Both the position numbers and the translations under genes were made by a program. Below are positions 38,605-49,069 of a stretch of 58,044 bases of DNA, one piece after another (positions within the stretch are counted from its first letter, which is position 1; each line of letters opens with the position of its first letter). Where the stretch lies: assembly GCA_016207415.1 (NCBI GenBank), contig JACQPT010000211.1, forward strand, positions 1 to 58,044. Direction: 5' to 3'. Source of the DNA: Ignavibacteriales bacterium. GTDB taxonomy: Bacteria; Bacteroidota; Ignavibacteria; UBA10030. The notes beneath the pieces were generated by a model. That model did no database searches and was not told where the DNA came from. It worked only from the letters and a program-made list of their open reading frames with translations.

Positions 38605-39722
38605 GAATCACCATAGTCGGAACGGCGTATCCGTTGAGAGGAGCGTTTGCTCAATTAAATGTTACTCTTGCGTGGCATCTTTCCAAGAAACACAGTGTGG
38701 AGATTATCACATTCAAACGGCAATATCCCGCGTTCCTCTTCCCCGGCAAGACCCAGAAAGATCCCAGTGAGCGGTTGTTTGAGATTCCGACACACATCTT
38801 GATTGATTCGATCAATCCCCTAACGTGGATAGCCGCTGCCCGGCACATTCGAAAGCAAAACTCCGACCTTGTAATCTTCAGATACTGGATGCCTTTTTTT
38901 GCTCCCTGTTTTGGCGTGATTTCTTATTTTATCAGAAAGAGGGTTGGGGCGAAAATTCTTTTTATTTGTGACAATGTGGTGCCGCATGAGCGTCGATTTG
39001 CAGACGCGGCTCTAACGAAGTTCGCTTTCCGGTTTGTCGATTTTTTCATTGTTCAGTCTCAGTCGGTTGAGCAGGAGCTGAGGTATTTTGTGCGAGAGCC
39101 AAAGTATAAGCTCACTCCTCATCCCATCTACAATATTTTCGGCCGGCCGGTGACAAGCCGGACGGCGCGGAAGAACCTTGGCATTCAAGAGGAACATGTC
39201 CTCCTTTTTTTTGGATATGTAAGAAAATACAAGGGACTCGGTGTACTTCTCCGGGCAATGCCTGGGATACTCAAGCAACTTGATGCGAGGCTTCTTATCG
39301 TTGGCGAATTCTACGAAGAGGAGAAAACATACAGACGACAAATTGCCCAGTTGGGTTTGGAGAAAAAAATCACGGTTCAATCCGGGTATGTTCCGAATGA
39401 GAAAATCTCGCCATACTTTTCTGTCTGCGATGTGGTCGTCCTCCCGTACCTTTCGGCGACTCAAAGCGGTATTGTACAGATAGCAAATCATTTTGACAAG
39501 CCAGTCATCGTCACGAATGTGGGGGGTCTGGGCCAGGACGTCCTGGATGGAAAAACGGGAATTGTGGTGCCGCCGAAAGACCCTGAAGCTCTCGCGGAAG
39601 CCGTGATTCAATTCTTTAAGAAAAGAAAAGCAAAGTCATTCATAAAGAACATTAAAAGGGAAAAACGGAAGAACAGTTGGCCAAAGTACGTCGAAGTAAT
39701 TGAAGAACTCGTCGTGCGGTGA
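38601..39722 (+). CDS. GT4-family (GT-B) glycosyltransferase
   Basis: Start taken at MRITIVGTAY (ATGA overlap with the upstream stop). C-terminal VVLPYLSATQSGIVQIANHFDKPVIVTNVGGL has the E-x7-E-like region. Confidence 0.8.
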   Translation: MRITIVGTAYPLRGAFAQLNVTLAWHLSKKHSVEIITFKRQYPAFLFPGKTQKDPSERLFEIPTHILIDSINPLTWIAAARHIRKQNSDLVIFRYWMPFFAPCFGVISYFIRKRVGAKILFICDNVVPHERRFADAALTKFAFRFVDFFIVQSQSVEQELRYFVREPKYKLTPHPIYNIFGRPVTSRTARKNLGIQEEHVLLFFGYVRKYKGLGVLLRAMPGILKQLDARLLIVGEFYEEEKTYRRQIAQLGLEKKITVQSGYVPNEKISPYFSVCDVVVLPYLSATQSGIVQIANHFDKPVIVTNVGGLGQDVLDGKTGIVVPPKDPEALAEAVIQFFKKRKAKSFIKNIKREKRKNSWPKYVEVIEELVVR

Positions 39723-39725
39723 TCT

Positions 39726-40544
39726 GTGGCAGGCGTAAAGTACGACCCGATCAAGAGAACTCTTGGCAGCTTTGTCGGGAGCAAAGTTATCCTGAGGAAA
39801 CTCTTCTACCGCATCCTTGGTTTAATGTTTCTTCGGGAATGGCACGTCAAACGCGAACTGCGCAGCCTTCTCTCCGGCGTTCAGAACGCAAAAGTGTTTG
39901 ATGCAGGTAGCGGGTTTGGGCAATACTCGTACTACTGTGCCAGGCGATTCCCCGGCCTGTCCGTGCTGGCCGTTGATGTCAAGGAGGAGCAAGTGGCTGA
40001 CTGCAAAGCTTTTTTTCAAAAGGCGGGGATACAAAATGTTGATTTCGCCGTTGAGGATTTGTTAGAGGCGAAGCACACACATGAGTTCGACCTGGTGCTT
40101 GCCGTAGACGTCATGGAACATATTAAGGACGACGTGTTAGTGTTTCGCAATTTTTATCGGGCGTTGAAGGCGGGCGGTGCACTTCTCGTCAACACGCCGT
40201 CGAACCTTGGCGGCTCGGACGCTCATTCGGCAAGCGATGAGAGCTTCATCGGAGAGCATGCTCGAGTAGGATACGACATGGAGGAAATAGGGACGAAGCT
40301 AGAATCAGCAGGCTTTGCGATGCAGAGGCTTCAATACACATACGGCAGGGCGGGGTCCATTGCGTGGAGGATTGGCATCAAGATTCCCATGTTGATGCTC
40401 AATAGGAGCACATTGTTTTTCTTCCTCCTGCCGGTCTACTACGCAATCACGTTACCCGTTTTTTTCCCGTTGATGTATATGGATTATGTTCGCCCGAGCA
40501 AGCAGGGAACGGGGTTGCTGGTTGTGGCAAGAAAGCCTAAGTAG
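39726..40544 (+). CDS. Class I SAM-dependent methyltransferase with C-terminal TM helices
   Basis: Motif I VFDAGSGFGQYS, post-I AVDV, motif II-III LVLAVDVMEH. Hydrophobic tail. GTG start. Confidence 0.7.
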   Translation: MAGVKYDPIKRTLGSFVGSKVILRKLFYRILGLMFLREWHVKRELRSLLSGVQNAKVFDAGSGFGQYSYYCARRFPGLSVLAVDVKEEQVADCKAFFQKAGIQNVDFAVEDLLEAKHTHEFDLVLAVDVMEHIKDDVLVFRNFYRALKAGGALLVNTPSNLGGSDAHSASDESFIGEHARVGYDMEEIGTKLESAGFAMQRLQYTYGRAGSIAWRIGIKIPMLMLNRSTLFFFLLPVYYAITLPVFFPLMYMDYVRPSKQGTGLLVVARKPK

Positions 40545-40625
40545 CCTTACCATCGACGAGATTGATCGTCAGAAGCCTCGTGTGATCGCATCCGTTTGTC
40601 AGCAGTACGCTAGTCGAGATTGCGC

Positions 40626-41888
40626 TCAGGCCTTTGCAGATTCAACGTTTCGATTGAGGTCAAGAAGAACGCGATCGACGAGGTCAATCACCGTCGAAGG
40701 CTTTATTGAATTGATATCGAGCCGGGAACCGTACTTGAAACGTTGAACCAACCTGTCGTAACTGTCGGTCGAATTTGAAATTTCCTGTGGAAACGCATAG
40801 TGGATCATGCGATACACTTCGGACGGGTAAGTAAATCGTCCATAGTGTTCTCCGTTGGAAAGAACGATCACACGTTTGTTGAGAGCAACGCCAATGTGGC
40901 TTACGCTGGTGTCGTTTGAGATCACAAGCGAAGACTCGCGGACAAGCCGGGCTGTCTCCGTAAGCGAGGTCTTGCCCAATTGGTTATTGACGTGAGGACG
41001 ACGTTCAATCATTTTAAGGGTGTTCACTGATCGAACTTGTCGGCCACCAACAAGGACACTGCTCAGGTTGTAACGTGAAAACAGATAGTCGGAAATGTCC
41101 AGAAAGTTTGCGAACCGCCATCTTTTTTTTGGATGAAGCGCATCAGGACAGAGAACCGCGAATGGCTTCTCTTTCGAAGCTTCGCTTGTCATTCGCAGAA
41201 GAGGTTTTTCAATGGGTAAGCGTGTTTTCAGCAGTTGTTCAAAAAAATACTTGTTCCGAAGAAACTCAAATACCTTCGTTTGTGGGACATCAATGAGAGT
41301 TGTGTACCATCGATTAAAGAGCCGCCGTTCCCAATCTTTTGCGTGAACATCATCCCCGTAATACCCTACCTTTTCCACCGCTGAACAACACCTCAGAATT
41401 GAATCACCGAGAAGAGTGTCTCTTGAGAGAGTCGGATACAGAGCCACCTCAAAACCTCGCTTTCGTATTGATCGTAATGTTCGGAAGCGATAGAAGGTCT
41501 TTGACAAGAATCTCGCCGGACGAATCCAGATGAAATCGTCAATGACATCTCTGTCAAATGATGAAGCAAAGTCCCGGAAAGACTCATTCCCACAAAGGGT
41601 AATGGTGTAATGTGAGAAACGTTCGTGCTCCTTGAGGGCTTTCAGGAAGTTCCGGAAAAGGATGTAGTCCCCGATGCCTTCCAAACGTACGACCAAGAGG
41701 GAACGGGGTATGGGGACAGAGCGATCAAGCGTAACCAACGTATCGAAAACGTAGAATCTCAGAAGGCGAGAAAGATGAATAAGGCGGAGAACTGCTTTCT
41801 TAAACACAACGACGAAAGGGGATTGCCACAATCCATGAAGGAGCTCAGTCAAATCGCGATGATTCCCATTGCTCCAAAAAAGGCTCAT
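40626..41888 (-). CDS. GT9-family (heptosyltransferase-like) glycosyltransferase
   Basis: LLVVRLEGIGDYILFRNFLKALKE... and C-terminal LVISNDTSVSHIGVAL. Confidence 0.75.
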   Translation of the reverse strand: MSLFWSNGNHRDLTELLHGLWQSPFVVVFKKAVLRLIHLSRLLRFYVFDTLVTLDRSVPIPRSLLVVRLEGIGDYILFRNFLKALKEHERFSHYTITLCGNESFRDFASSFDRDVIDDFIWIRPARFLSKTFYRFRTLRSIRKRGFEVALYPTLSRDTLLGDSILRCCSAVEKVGYYGDDVHAKDWERRLFNRWYTTLIDVPQTKVFEFLRNKYFFEQLLKTRLPIEKPLLRMTSEASKEKPFAVLCPDALHPKKRWRFANFLDISDYLFSRYNLSSVLVGGRQVRSVNTLKMIERRPHVNNQLGKTSLTETARLVRESSLVISNDTSVSHIGVALNKRVIVLSNGEHYGRFTYPSEVYRMIHYAFPQEISNSTDSYDRLVQRFKYGSRLDINSIKPSTVIDLVDRVLLDLNRNVESAKA

Positions 41889-42012
41889 GAAGGGAGGGTG
41901 CGTCTTATCTGGTCAGGCCGATACCGACTGAGGAAGTCCGACGTCTTTCGGCATCGTTTTTCTTGGTCTTTGATCATGGTTTCGTTTTCGAATGACCGAG
42001 TGATAAAAGGAA

Positions 42013-42912
42013 TCATGCGAGTTCCTTGAGGTACATCTCTTTTTGAGAAAGCACATCAACTACTTTCATGTTTGCGATGAGTTTTAGACGATCCTTTCCA
42101 GAGACAAATGTGAGCCGACCATGCTCATCCCGCGATTCACGGGCACCACTTTCAACATATCCCCCTTCACACGTACATCGGGCGATGTTCTGCGCGACGT
42201 CGTTGCGGACAAAGAAGGCGTTCGTTCCCGAACTGTCTGATCCCGCGAATCGGTACTTTTTCTTTTCGGCCAATGTACAAAGCGCTTTGAGAGACGCACC
42301 GAAGTAAAGGTTGGAATAATGTGCTTGAGTCCGGTCGAATTGTGCTTCATAGGGGATTGTAATTGCATTGTTCATTCCGAATACACTATTGTATTCGCAG
42401 ACCACAATCCTCGGCTGAATTGCGACAATTGCATCCCAGATCCAATAGTCGTTTCCATCGATATCGATGCTCAAGAGTCCTATATCTCCCGTAAAGCCTT
42501 GAGTTGTGAAGAGGTCGTTCACATTCTCTTTCGTGACGAACGATTGAATCGCCGTCAAATTCTTGCGCCAATAGAAATCAAGGGATCGAATCCTGGAAAC
42601 ATGTTTCTTCGTGGCCTCTATCACGAGTCCTTTCCAATCGTCATTCATGAGGAGAAAGCGGGTGTTCGATTCCCTGTAGTCACCAACACCAAACTCAATG
42701 AATACCTTGTTCTTGATCGGAACACGATGGCAAAGGTACTGAATAATTCCATCTTCGCGGTGTTCTGAAAATACTTTGAATTCCACCTCCGATAAATCCT
42801 TGACGCGTTGTTTGCTCCTCACCTGCTGAGACAGAATCTGTCCGAGGAGAAGGCGATTGTCAATCGCTGGCTTGTCGAGCCTGTCGATGAGTTTCTCTAT
42901 GAGGGATAGCAT
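42013..42912 (-). CDS. FkbM-like methyltransferase (tentative)
   Basis: VFIEFGVGDYRESNT and IGLLSIDIDGNDYWIW resemble FkbM-family motifs. The assignment is by eye only. Confidence 0.4.
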   Translation of the reverse strand: MLSLIEKLIDRLDKPAIDNRLLLGQILSQQVRSKQRVKDLSEVEFKVFSEHREDGIIQYLCHRVPIKNKVFIEFGVGDYRESNTRFLLMNDDWKGLVIEATKKHVSRIRSLDFYWRKNLTAIQSFVTKENVNDLFTTQGFTGDIGLLSIDIDGNDYWIWDAIVAIQPRIVVCEYNSVFGMNNAITIPYEAQFDRTQAHYSNLYFGASLKALCTLAEKKKYRFAGSDSSGTNAFFVRNDVAQNIARCTCEGGYVESGARESRDEHGRLTFVSGKDRLKLIANMKVVDVLSQKEMYLKELA

Positions 42913-42925
42913 GCGGAATTCGGAC

Positions 42926-43870
42926 TCAGAGCGGAGTTGAACTTTTTCGAATATTGCTGACCGTTCGACGTAAGAGATGCATCAATTTCTTGTGTTTGGG
43001 AGGACAAAAATACTTGCGAAATGAATAGTAATCGGCATCGGCATTGGGAATCATCAAGGACGGATGTTGGAGCTCATTCAGAGGTGAAGTCGGAATATTG
43101 GCAAGAACATGAAAACCATCATGAGTGTGTGTGGCGGCATCATGGAACCCTATGTTGGTAACAAGGTTTTTATTTGGAATGACCGAAAGGCCGTTGTTGA
43201 CCGTCATTGCGTACTGCCATTGAATATCCCAGGTGTCAATCTTATTGTTGTAGGCAAGGTCAAATCTTTTCCTCCAAAAATTCCTCATATCACGATTATA
43301 AAAAACGTGAGAGAGAACACTTCGCTCTAGTATTTCGGGGTAAGTAGAGAGGACGAGGTCATATTTCTTCCATGAGCGCCTCCACGTCGCCCATCCCCAT
43401 ATATGATTAAGTCTGGAAAAATAATAGCTTCCGGTCCCCCGCGTGATTCCGTTCTGAAAATTCGTCCCGCCAATATGCATAATTCGAGTGTCATCCCTGT
43501 AATAATCGAGGAGCGACTGGGTAAAGTGAAAAAAACATGCATCCGGCACGCAATCGTCTTCAAGGATAATTCCTTCGTTTACATTGTCGAAAAACCAGCT
43601 AATGGCCGAGCTCACGGCAATGCGGCAACCAAGATTGTTTTCGAGGTATCTCGTCTTGACATCGCAGTCCCAGTCAATAGCTGTGATAATATTCCGAGCT
43701 TCCGCACAGAGGCGCGTTTCGTCGGGCCTGTCCTGTCGCGGGCCGTCAGCTGATATGAAGAGATGTTTCGGCCTGACCTCTCGAATCCTCTTGAACACCA
43801 CCTCGGTCGTTTGCGGTCGGTTAAAAATAAGAAAGAGAATTGGAGTATCGAAAGAGCTTGATTCCATCAA
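42926..43870 (-). CDS. GT-A fold nucleotide-diphospho-sugar transferase (HlpA/GNT-I-like)
   Basis: PILFLIFNRPQTT...LFISADGPR...NLGCRIAVSSAISWFF...GIILEDDCVP. Confidence 0.6.
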   Translation of the reverse strand: MMESSSFDTPILFLIFNRPQTTEVVFKRIREVRPKHLFISADGPRQDRPDETRLCAEARNIITAIDWDCDVKTRYLENNLGCRIAVSSAISWFFDNVNEGIILEDDCVPDACFFHFTQSLLDYYRDDTRIMHIGGTNFQNGITRGTGSYYFSRLNHIWGWATWRRSWKKYDLVLSTYPEILERSVLSHVFYNRDMRNFWRKRFDLAYNNKIDTWDIQWQYAMTVNNGLSVIPNKNLVTNIGFHDAATHTHDGFHVLANIPTSPLNELQHPSLMIPNADADYYSFRKYFCPPKHKKLMHLLRRTVSNIRKSSTPL

Positions 43871-43895
43871 CAGAATCTAATAATGGAGAGATCTC

Positions 43896-44648
43896 TCATT
43901 TGAGCACGTCCACTAAGGTAGTTCCGGGACTGAGTGCCTGCCGCGCCGCATGAACCCAAACCTTCAACAAATTCAAGGGAAGGTATCTGTTTCGCCCACA
44001 GAGAAAAAGGAAAATCGTCCAATAGATCGGATTAGGGCTGCTGCGCTTTGAGAGAACAGGCACATGTTGGCCCCCACCGGTGGTTTCTTCGATGGTTGTC
44101 TTCATTCTTCTCGGCTTTATGCCGTTTTTGACGAGTCTCATTGACCATTCATAATCCGATAGGTAATGCGGAAGCCACTTGTTAAACCCTCCGGATTTGC
44201 GGAAATCACCCAGTTTGAGGAATATCCCCCGGGGCGAAAAACAGTCGATCCGGGAACTGATCGCAAATGTCTTTGTTTTCCAGTCAACTTGAATTCCGCC
44301 ATCAATCAACCGCTTCTGTTCATCAATGACATATGGCAAGAGGACCTCGTCGAACTTCACCTGTTTTCCCTCTCTGAAGAAGCTATCTCCGAACGCAAGA
44401 TCGTCGATCAGGAAACAAACAACATCATCATCCACACCGTGATGAAGCAGGTATTTGTAAACAATATTCATTGCCTCGGTCCAATATATTCTCCTCCCAG
44501 CATTAAGAATCTCTGCCTGTGGAAGGGAAATACCGCTTCCCGATGTCACCACAATGAGCCTGAACTCTTCTGACTGCGAGTCCAGACATTTGAAAAATGT
44601 CTCAAGCGTTCCTTGTCTAGGATAATATGGGAGAACAGCGTAAATCAA
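43896..44648 (-). CDS. GT2-like glycosyltransferase (tentative)
   Basis: 250 aa with an acidic CFLIDDL motif and LSDYEWSMRLVKNG. Weak assignment by eye. Confidence 0.4.
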   Translation of the reverse strand: MIYAVLPYYPRQGTLETFFKCLDSQSEEFRLIVVTSGSGISLPQAEILNAGRRIYWTEAMNIVYKYLLHHGVDDDVVCFLIDDLAFGDSFFREGKQVKFDEVLLPYVIDEQKRLIDGGIQVDWKTKTFAISSRIDCFSPRGIFLKLGDFRKSGGFNKWLPHYLSDYEWSMRLVKNGIKPRRMKTTIEETTGGGQHVPVLSKRSSPNPIYWTIFLFLCGRNRYLPLNLLKVWVHAARQALSPGTTLVDVLK

Positions 44649-44793
44649 TCTGATGAAATAGCGTTGTGCGAAAAAACAATCGAAAACTGGAAATTCAGGT
44701 CATTAAAGACAGGATTTTCGATGACCGTCGTCCGATCAGTCTTCCATGGTTGACCATAATTTTCACTGCCTTATCGAACGTGAATGCATTTGC

Positions 44794-46119
44794 TCACCTC
44801 GACGTCCTCATCAAGATCTTCCACACGTACTTCTTGACAATTTCTGCCAAAAACAGCCTTGCCACTTGGATGTCCTCGCTGTAAATTGATAAGATACATA
44901 ATCGGAACAAGGTTTTCCATGTATGGAACATCGACATTCTGGCCACTGGCTGATAACCGAGAGAGACAAACTCGGCTTGCTCTGTTTTGTTCAAGGTATC
45001 CCAAAGAAGGTGGAGGTAAGGTGTGAAAACGGAGCGAATAGTTCGCTTTAGTTCATCGATCCCTGCACTACTGTACCGGTATCGCTCGAACGCGCACGAG
45101 AGTGCCCGGGCGGCTTTAAGGAAGAGCCCTCTACTTAACAACTCATGGTAGATTTGTGAAAAGTAGAAATCAAATCTGAGAGGAAAGTCACGTTGATAGA
45201 GAGAGTGGGCGTGTGCAAACCCGCGTGTCATTACTGAGAGGATGACTTCAGCCGTTTCATCCGGCGAAACATCAACCAGCTCTAAGATATTGTCTGTCGG
45301 CAAGCCAAAGTATTTTGCATCATGAAGCATCGAAGCAAACATCCGAGTTTTGCCATTAAGAAGCTGTATCTGAGGGAGAGGTTTTGCCCAGTCCGAGGTT
45401 GCAATCCATGAGATTCCACTGGAACATCCAACGAGAAGGCCGCAATATTTGGTCAATTCGGCGTTTTCTCGAAGGGTCAACGCGCTCGCATCGATAATTC
45501 TGTTGTGTGACACTTCGATCATTTGGTCTGACGATATGATGAACGTAAGGTCGGCGTTTCTTGTGGCTGCGATTTCTGCCATCGCAAGCGCAAACTTGGG
45601 CGTTACATAAGATTGTCCACTGGTGGAGGCTGCTTCGATGAGAATCGCCGTTTCTGGAGAACGGAGGTTGTTTACCGAAGCAAATATGCGCACAGCTTCA
45701 ACCTCAGATTGCGTAAGCCAAACCACAGGCTGCACGGGGACAGTTATGGGATGGGGGTATCCCCGAAATAAGGAGGATCTGCTGGTTCCATCATAGTTCT
45801 GAAAATTGTTGGGCGGGATCTGTGTAAGAAATATTTCATCGAAATCGCCAGCTTCCTTTCTATTGCGGGCTTCCTTTTCGAAAATCGTCCAAACTTCTTT
45901 GGTTTGGTTGTAATCAGCTTGTTGTATTTCCCACACAGAGTCCACGTAAGGGTTATTGTCAATAATGGGGCGACACAGCGAGCTGATTGCCCAAGTAAGA
46001 TGGCACCCTGGATAGTCAACTTTTATTTGACGTGCGACCGCAGTAGCATACAGACAATCGCCGTTTCTGCCTAATTGACCGAGAAGAATCCGTTGTTGCG
46101 CACTGATAGTTGTATCGCC
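44794..46119 (-). CDS. GT9-like N-terminal fold protein, start unresolved
   Basis: The frame stays open upstream of the tracked GTG (45945): GDTTISAQQRILLGQLGRNGDCLYATAVARQIKVDYPGCHLTWAISSLCRPIIDNNPYVDSVWEI, which is a heptosyltransferase-type N-terminus. There is no canonical start in frame. A TTG at 46153-46155, overlapping the upstream stop, would join if the G3 run (plus C3, 46118-46120) were G2. Confidence 0.5.
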   Translation of the reverse strand, partial: GDTTISAQQRILLGQLGRNGDCLYATAVARQIKVDYPGCHLTWAISSLCRPIIDNNPYVDSVWEIQQADYNQTKEVWTIFEKEARNRKEAGDFDEIFLTQIPPNNFQNYDGTSRSSLFRGYPHPITVPVQPVVWLTQSEVEAVRIFASVNNLRSPETAILIEAASTSGQSYVTPKFALAMAEIAATRNADLTFIISSDQMIEVSHNRIIDASALTLRENAELTKYCGLLVGCSSGISWIATSDWAKPLPQIQLLNGKTRMFASMLHDAKYFGLPTDNILELVDVSPDETAEVILSVMTRGFAHAHSLYQRDFPLRFDFYFSQIYHELLSRGLFLKAARALSCAFERYRYSSAGIDELKRTIRSVFTPYLHLLWDTLNKTEQAEFVSLGYQPVARMSMFHTWKTLFRLCILSIYSEDIQVARLFLAEIVKKYVWKILMRTSR

Positions 46120-46155
46120 CTAAGGAAGTTGAAAAATGGATAAGGTCTTGGTTTT

Positions 46156-47043
46156 TCAATAGAGAAGTGGGCTGCTTTGTATCATCATTTTCGCAAGTTT
46201 ATCAATCGGGACTGAAGCCTGCCAACCTAATCGATTCATTGTTGAGGGGTTGGAGACAAGGATAGAATACTCTGAGATAAAGTCCTTCTGCGGTCTCACA
46301 AAATTCCTCCAATCCCTGTCGATCAAACCAAAACAGAGCTGCAGCCAATTCTCGATCGAATATCCTTTGCCCGAACCAATGGCCGCTTCAAAGATGTCCT
46401 CTTGGAGAAGAAGCGTCAGAATACCCTCGGCAACATCTCTTGCGAAGGTCCATTCTTTGACTACAGTTATATCGCCAAGTTCCAATATCTCATTGTGTCC
46501 CCTCGTAATTCTACGAACTGCCATTGCGATCTTCTGGCTGACGTGATGGGGTTTCCTCAAAGGGCTTTCATGATGAAATAAATAGCCAACATAAGTACGG
46601 ATTCCTATAGAGCGATAGTATCGGGCAGCATAAACAGATTGAATTCGTGACATGCCGTAAGGACTGTTTGCCTCAAAATCGTCACATTCGGAAATTGGTT
46701 TGCCAACATTCTTGAATTGTACACCGCTGCCCGTGATAAAAACCTTGGTTTTGGGAGAATATCTTTTTGCCGCCTCCAAAACATTCAGAGTACCCCTTGA
46801 TATGGTTTCAAAATTCTCAAATAAGGCGTCATAACGGGTTGTTGAATTGGCTGCAAGATGGAAAACAAATGTTGGCTGGTATTTCTTCATAAGATCTTCA
46901 ACCTGCTCAAGTTTTGAAACATCGGCTTGAACTTCAACATCGGTTCGAGAGACTCGAATGGGATCGATGCCCCTGTATTTGCAGACCTCAGCAAGATAGT
47001 ATCCATCTTGCCCGTTTGCACCGAAGATGAGTGCGTTCTCCAT
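46156..47043 (-). CDS. Gmd/Rmd-family short-chain dehydrogenase (GDP-mannose 4,6-dehydratase-like)
   Basis: IFGANGQDGYYLAE, HLAANS, SPYGMSR, FHHESPLRKPHHVSQKI. Confidence 0.7.
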   Translation of the reverse strand: MENALIFGANGQDGYYLAEVCKYRGIDPIRVSRTDVEVQADVSKLEQVEDLMKKYQPTFVFHLAANSTTRYDALFENFETISRGTLNVLEAAKRYSPKTKVFITGSGVQFKNVGKPISECDDFEANSPYGMSRIQSVYAARYYRSIGIRTYVGYLFHHESPLRKPHHVSQKIAMAVRRITRGHNEILELGDITVVKEWTFARDVAEGILTLLLQEDIFEAAIGSGKGYSIENWLQLCFGLIDRDWRNFVRPQKDFISEYSILVSNPSTMNRLGWQASVPIDKLAKMMIQSSPLLY

Positions 47044-47047
47044 TCAT

Positions 47048-47800
47048 CTATCCTTGACGTGACTCTCTTTTTTCGAACGTAACCATGCCAAATGTATAGC
47101 TCGCACAGGGATCAGGGGAGAAATTATCCTTGTGAACAACAGCTTGTTCTGTCGTCCAATCCATTTCTTGAACGGGGAAAAGGTCGCAGCTTTTGCATAC
47201 CGTTATTAGATTTTCGACAGCCGACTTATCAAGCGGTTGCCATTCAAGCCCGTATAATTTGACGTTCGAGTTGATTTTTGGCTCCCAGTAATCAAAAGTC
47301 ACGAATAATTTGCCACCGCTTTCCAATAAACGAGAGGATTCTTGCCCAAACCTATTGAAATCAACGTGGTGTTCTATGACGGACAGACAGGCGACATTCC
47401 TGAAATAACGGTCCGGATAGCTTGTCCTTACGAGATCGCCAACAGTATAGTGCACGCCATGGACAGGACGGTCCGGCGGCCGCAAATCAATTCCATGGAG
47501 CTCGCCAGGGATCTTCTTGAGTGCGAGGTTCTTTAAAATGTAAGAGTCAGAGCTGCCCATATCCAAGAAATTTCCTTCATTGATTTCCGGAATAATGGTG
47601 GCTAAATCCCAATCTTTGAGGGAGATAAAATGTGAATGATACCCGCAGTAATGTAGGAAGCGCGTGCATTCGTCAACTTCATTCTGAGATTTCAGAATTT
47701 TGCAGAGTGACCTTGATGGTTTTCGAGTGCCAGGATATTGAATCCTGCAAATCGCTTGACGCCATTTCCGTTTCAGGTAACCCACAGAGTGAATCCTCAC
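47048..47800 (-). CDS. Class I SAM-dependent methyltransferase
   Basis: Motif I FLDMGSSDSY, GIDL, VACLSVIEH. Confidence 0.65.
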   Translation of the reverse strand: MRIHSVGYLKRKWRQAICRIQYPGTRKPSRSLCKILKSQNEVDECTRFLHYCGYHSHFISLKDWDLATIIPEINEGNFLDMGSSDSYILKNLALKKIPGELHGIDLRPPDRPVHGVHYTVGDLVRTSYPDRYFRNVACLSVIEHHVDFNRFGQESSRLLESGGKLFVTFDYWEPKINSNVKLYGLEWQPLDKSAVENLITVCKSCDLFPVQEMDWTTEQAVVHKDNFSPDPCASYTFGMVTFEKRESRQG

Positions 47801-49057
47801 TGTTTTACGATGTGAATCGCGGGTAAAGGGAATATCAACCCCGTGCCTCGTCTTAGCGTGTCCTTTTCGCGTTCAACAATTTCTTCTTTGAAATGCCATG
47901 GGAGAACAAGGTAGTAATTCGGGTTCAAAGCCCTGGAGTCAGCTTCACTGACGATGGGGATATCCGTTCCAAGGGTGCGGGCTCCATATTTGTCGGGATT
48001 TCGTTCCGCGGCACAATCAATAAGGCGGTTATCTATTCCGCACCATTGGAGAATCGTGTTTCCTTTCGTCGAAGCGCCATATATGTGGATACGATTTCCT
48101 TCTTTCTTCAATTTCTTGAGCAAATGCGTGAGCTCATCTTTGTGGACATTCACGCGATCCTGAAAATTCTTGTACGGTTTGTCGGTGTCGAGCTCAAGGT
48201 CGAACTCTTCCTGATGGATGTGTTTAATGTTTTGCAGAAACTCATCTTTCTTGTAAGCGAAATTATCGGCATGTGTTGCGAAGCAACGGATGCTCCCGCC
48301 GTTGATGTCGTTGAGTGACGCGTTAAAAATCTTCAAAACCTGCCTGCTTCAACACATATTCTATAACTGCCAGACTGTAATATTCTAAGTGTTCATGGCA
48401 TATGGTGTCGTACGAAGTCATCTTGAGCATGCTCGGCATGTAGGACATCTCAAAAATCCAAATACCTCTTGGAGACAAGGTATTCTTGATCCCTTGAGTA
48501 AAAGCGATTGGATCTTCAAGGTCGTAAAACATAGCGATGGACGTGATAATGTCCAATTGCTTATTATCAAGTTGAGCCAACAACTCGTCAGATGGAAAAA
48601 TGTCTTGAACGATAATGAAGTTGCCCTTGATTTCCTGCGACACATCTGAAGGATCCACGCCGTATCGTTCGAAAGTTTCGGGATAGTAACTTAGCAGCGT
48701 TCCATCATTGCATCCTATGTCGAGGACACGAGCTTTGTCGCCAGGAAAAATCAGGGTCGCTTGCCGGACGATGGCTTTCAAATGGTTGCGCATGGTGTTG
48801 TTGGTTCCCGAACGATACCAGTAAGCGGAATAAAGGATCTCCGGGGGAACCGTATGTTCCATTTGCAGAAGGCCACAAGCTCGTTCATCTTTTGTAGAAT
48901 CGCAACGGAGGAGTGCAGTGGGTATTTTTCGAAGCGGAGGCATCTCTTTGCCCGGTTTGACAAACGATCCCTGAAGGAACTGTTCACCAAGATCTATGAC
49001 CTTGGTAAGAGCGTGAGAACCGCAAACCCGACATGTTTTTCGATGGATAAGATGCAT
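47797..49057 (-). CDS. NDP-hexose C-methyltransferase (TylC3-like), split by a frameshift at 48335-48338
   Basis: The N-terminal ORF has a Cys-rich zinc-ribbon-like region (CRVCGS...CD...CG) and a SAM fold (VLDIGCNDG). The C-terminal ORF carries NGGSIRCFATH. The junction ...KQAGF|KIFNASLNDINGG is restored if the T4 run were T3. Confidence 0.7.
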
Positions 49058-49069
49058 GCTGTCTTCCTG

